From: Nitrospirota bacterium
Lineage (GTDB): Bacteria; Nitrospirota; UBA9217
Direction: 5' to 3'
Length of the DNA stretch: 64,000 bases
Assembly: GCA_963840455.1 (NCBI GenBank)
Contig: CAWIYV010000011.1
Coordinates: forward strand, 352,001 to 416,000
Numbering within the stretch: the stretch's first letter is position 1; the number at the start of each line of letters is the position of its first letter. A program made the position numbers and the translations under genes. This document shows, one piece after another, positions 62,651 through 64,000 of the stretch. The notes below the pieces were generated by a model, which was given only the letters and a program-made list of their open reading frames with translations, ran no database searches and was not told where the DNA came from.

Positions 62651-64000
62651 TTACCGCGCTTTCCACTCGAACCGGTGCGGCCAGTTGGTAAGATTGCCCG
62701 CGTTCAGGAACCCCGTGTGGCAGATATTACATGCCGATGTCTTTCCTTCGGCAACATGCTCTTCGGTGAAATTGCTACCACCGCCCCGCGAGGTGGCATG
62801 ACAGACCCCGCAGTCGCCGAGAGTCTTGGCTGCGCCTTGGTACTGCATTGCCTGGTAGTTGTCGGTCGGCTGGTTCGACGGCACCATGGCATGCGGGCTG
62901 CCGTGGCAGCCGGCGCAGTACACGCCGCCGTGGCCCGGCTTGTTGCGGTAGAGCACCGTGCCCGTATCCACGTCCCAGACGCCACCATGGCAGGTCACGC
63001 ACTTCGGCTCGCTCAGCCAGGGAGCGCGGCCCGCGGTGATGGACCCTCCCACCGTGCTCATATCCCCGTGGCAGGTGATACAGTTGCCGTTCGCGGACGT
63101 ATGCCGGACGCTCCGGTTGCAGGACGTGGATGCGCCCGGGTGGCAATCGTAGCACTGGGCACCCCTCGTCGCGTGGAATGAATGAATCGCTTCGGATAGA
63201 TACTTGCCCGATGAGCCACGCCCTCCCTGGCCCAGCGCGGGGCTGCCGTGGCACTTGGCGCACAGGACCGGTTTGCTGGAGGAAAGCGTCGTTGTCTCGC
63301 GGGAATCATGCTTCTGCAGGATGTCAGTAAAAACCACGGTAGGGTCGGTTGAAGGGCCATGGCACTTGCCGCAGTCGATCTCGTCCGACGTCGGCACGGT
63401 CGTTCGCGTCTCGGCGAGAACATTTCCCGCCTGATCCTTCGCCGTGATGACGGCCACCTGATAAGGACTCCAGGCCCCGCTGTCATTGACCGGCGTGACC
63501 GGAATGCCATTCACCTGGAAATGGTCCGCAATGACGTTCGTGCCTGACGGTTTCGAGACCATCGTCCCGGAAAGGCCGTTGTGGATATTCGGGTCTTCGA
63601 GGTTAAGCCCCGTATCGTGCGCCAGCGTTGCTACCCCGAAGAGCGCGAAAACATTGTCCCAGAACTGGCCGTAGCTCCTTTTGCCATAGGAATAGGTATT
63701 ATTCTCGATGCGGTATTCGACCGTGATGCCGTTCGTCACGATCTTCGGCGGTGTGCCGCGCTGGATCACCTGGGCCCAGATCGTATTGTACGGCGGCAAG
63801 ATCACGGCCGTGTCATAGGAAGGATTGAGGCAATGCATCCCCAGATCGTTCCAGGCAACGACGACGTAGGCAAACTGCGTGGCCGGGATCGGGCTGCTCT
63901 CGCCTTCGCTTCCTCCCCCGCTCCCACCCCCGCCGCAGCCGCTCGAAGCGATAACTGCAACCAGCAAATAAAGACCGGCGACAACGAGCATCCTTCTCAT
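62651..64000 (-). CDS. Multiheme (8 CxxCH) cytochrome c lipoprotein
   Basis: Lipobox SGC; WNDLGMHC; CGKCH, CAKCH, CYDCH, CITCH, CVTCH, CAGCH, CGVCH, CNICH. Confidence 0.88.
   Translation of the reverse strand: MRRMLVVAGLYLLVAVIASSGCGGGGSGGGSEGESSPIPATQFAYVVVAWNDLGMHCLNPSYDTAVILPPYNTIWAQVIQRGTPPKIVTNGITVEYRIENNTYSYGKRSYGQFWDNVFALFGVATLAHDTGLNLEDPNIHNGLSGTMVSKPSGTNVIADHFQVNGIPVTPVNDSGAWSPYQVAVITAKDQAGNVLAETRTTVPTSDEIDCGKCHGPSTDPTVVFTDILQKHDSRETTTLSSSKPVLCAKCHGSPALGQGGRGSSGKYLSEAIHSFHATRGAQCYDCHPGASTSCNRSVRHTSANGNCITCHGDMSTVGGSITAGRAPWLSEPKCVTCHGGVWDVDTGTVLYRNKPGHGGVYCAGCHGSPHAMVPSNQPTDNYQAMQYQGAAKTLGDCGVCHATSRGGGSNFTEEHVAEGKTSACNICHTGFLNAGNLTNWPHRFEWKAR

Overview
The window has two parts. (1) Positions 306-33514 are an AT-richer island built from Tn7-like transposons. 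It is flanked by a 5-bp duplication (GAAGG at 301-305 and 33515-33519) and sits 6 bp downstream of the stop codon of a ThDP-dependent 'acetolactate synthase-like' gene. It carries tnsA, a frameshifted tnsB, tnsC and two tandem TnsD paralogues, one with a nonsense codon. It also carries a stand-alone mini-copy of the TnsB catalytic core and at least five transposon ends of two TnsB-site families, three of which start with TAT instead of TGT. Cargo includes a WYL-regulated nuclease cassette, two secreted peptidoglycan-hydrolase-like proteins, a type I RM locus with a broken hsdR, and an HTH/ImmA-IrrE-regulated ubiquitination-like operon (Ubl-E2 fusion plus JAB-E1 fusion). (2) Positions 33526-64000 are GC-rich host chromosome; a Nitrospirota or deltaproteobacterial-like host is my inference. 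They hold central-metabolism genes: a probable 2-oxoglutarate decarboxylase + SSADH pair next to citrate synthase and aconitase, sodC, M16 peptidase, aat, GDH, malic enzyme, fumC, sdhCAB, a liv-type ABC transporter, FBP aldolase/phosphatase and an octaheme cytochrome. Many intergenic spacers there are filled with short-period inverted repeats, some nested. All calls come from reading motifs by eye; no database searches were run.
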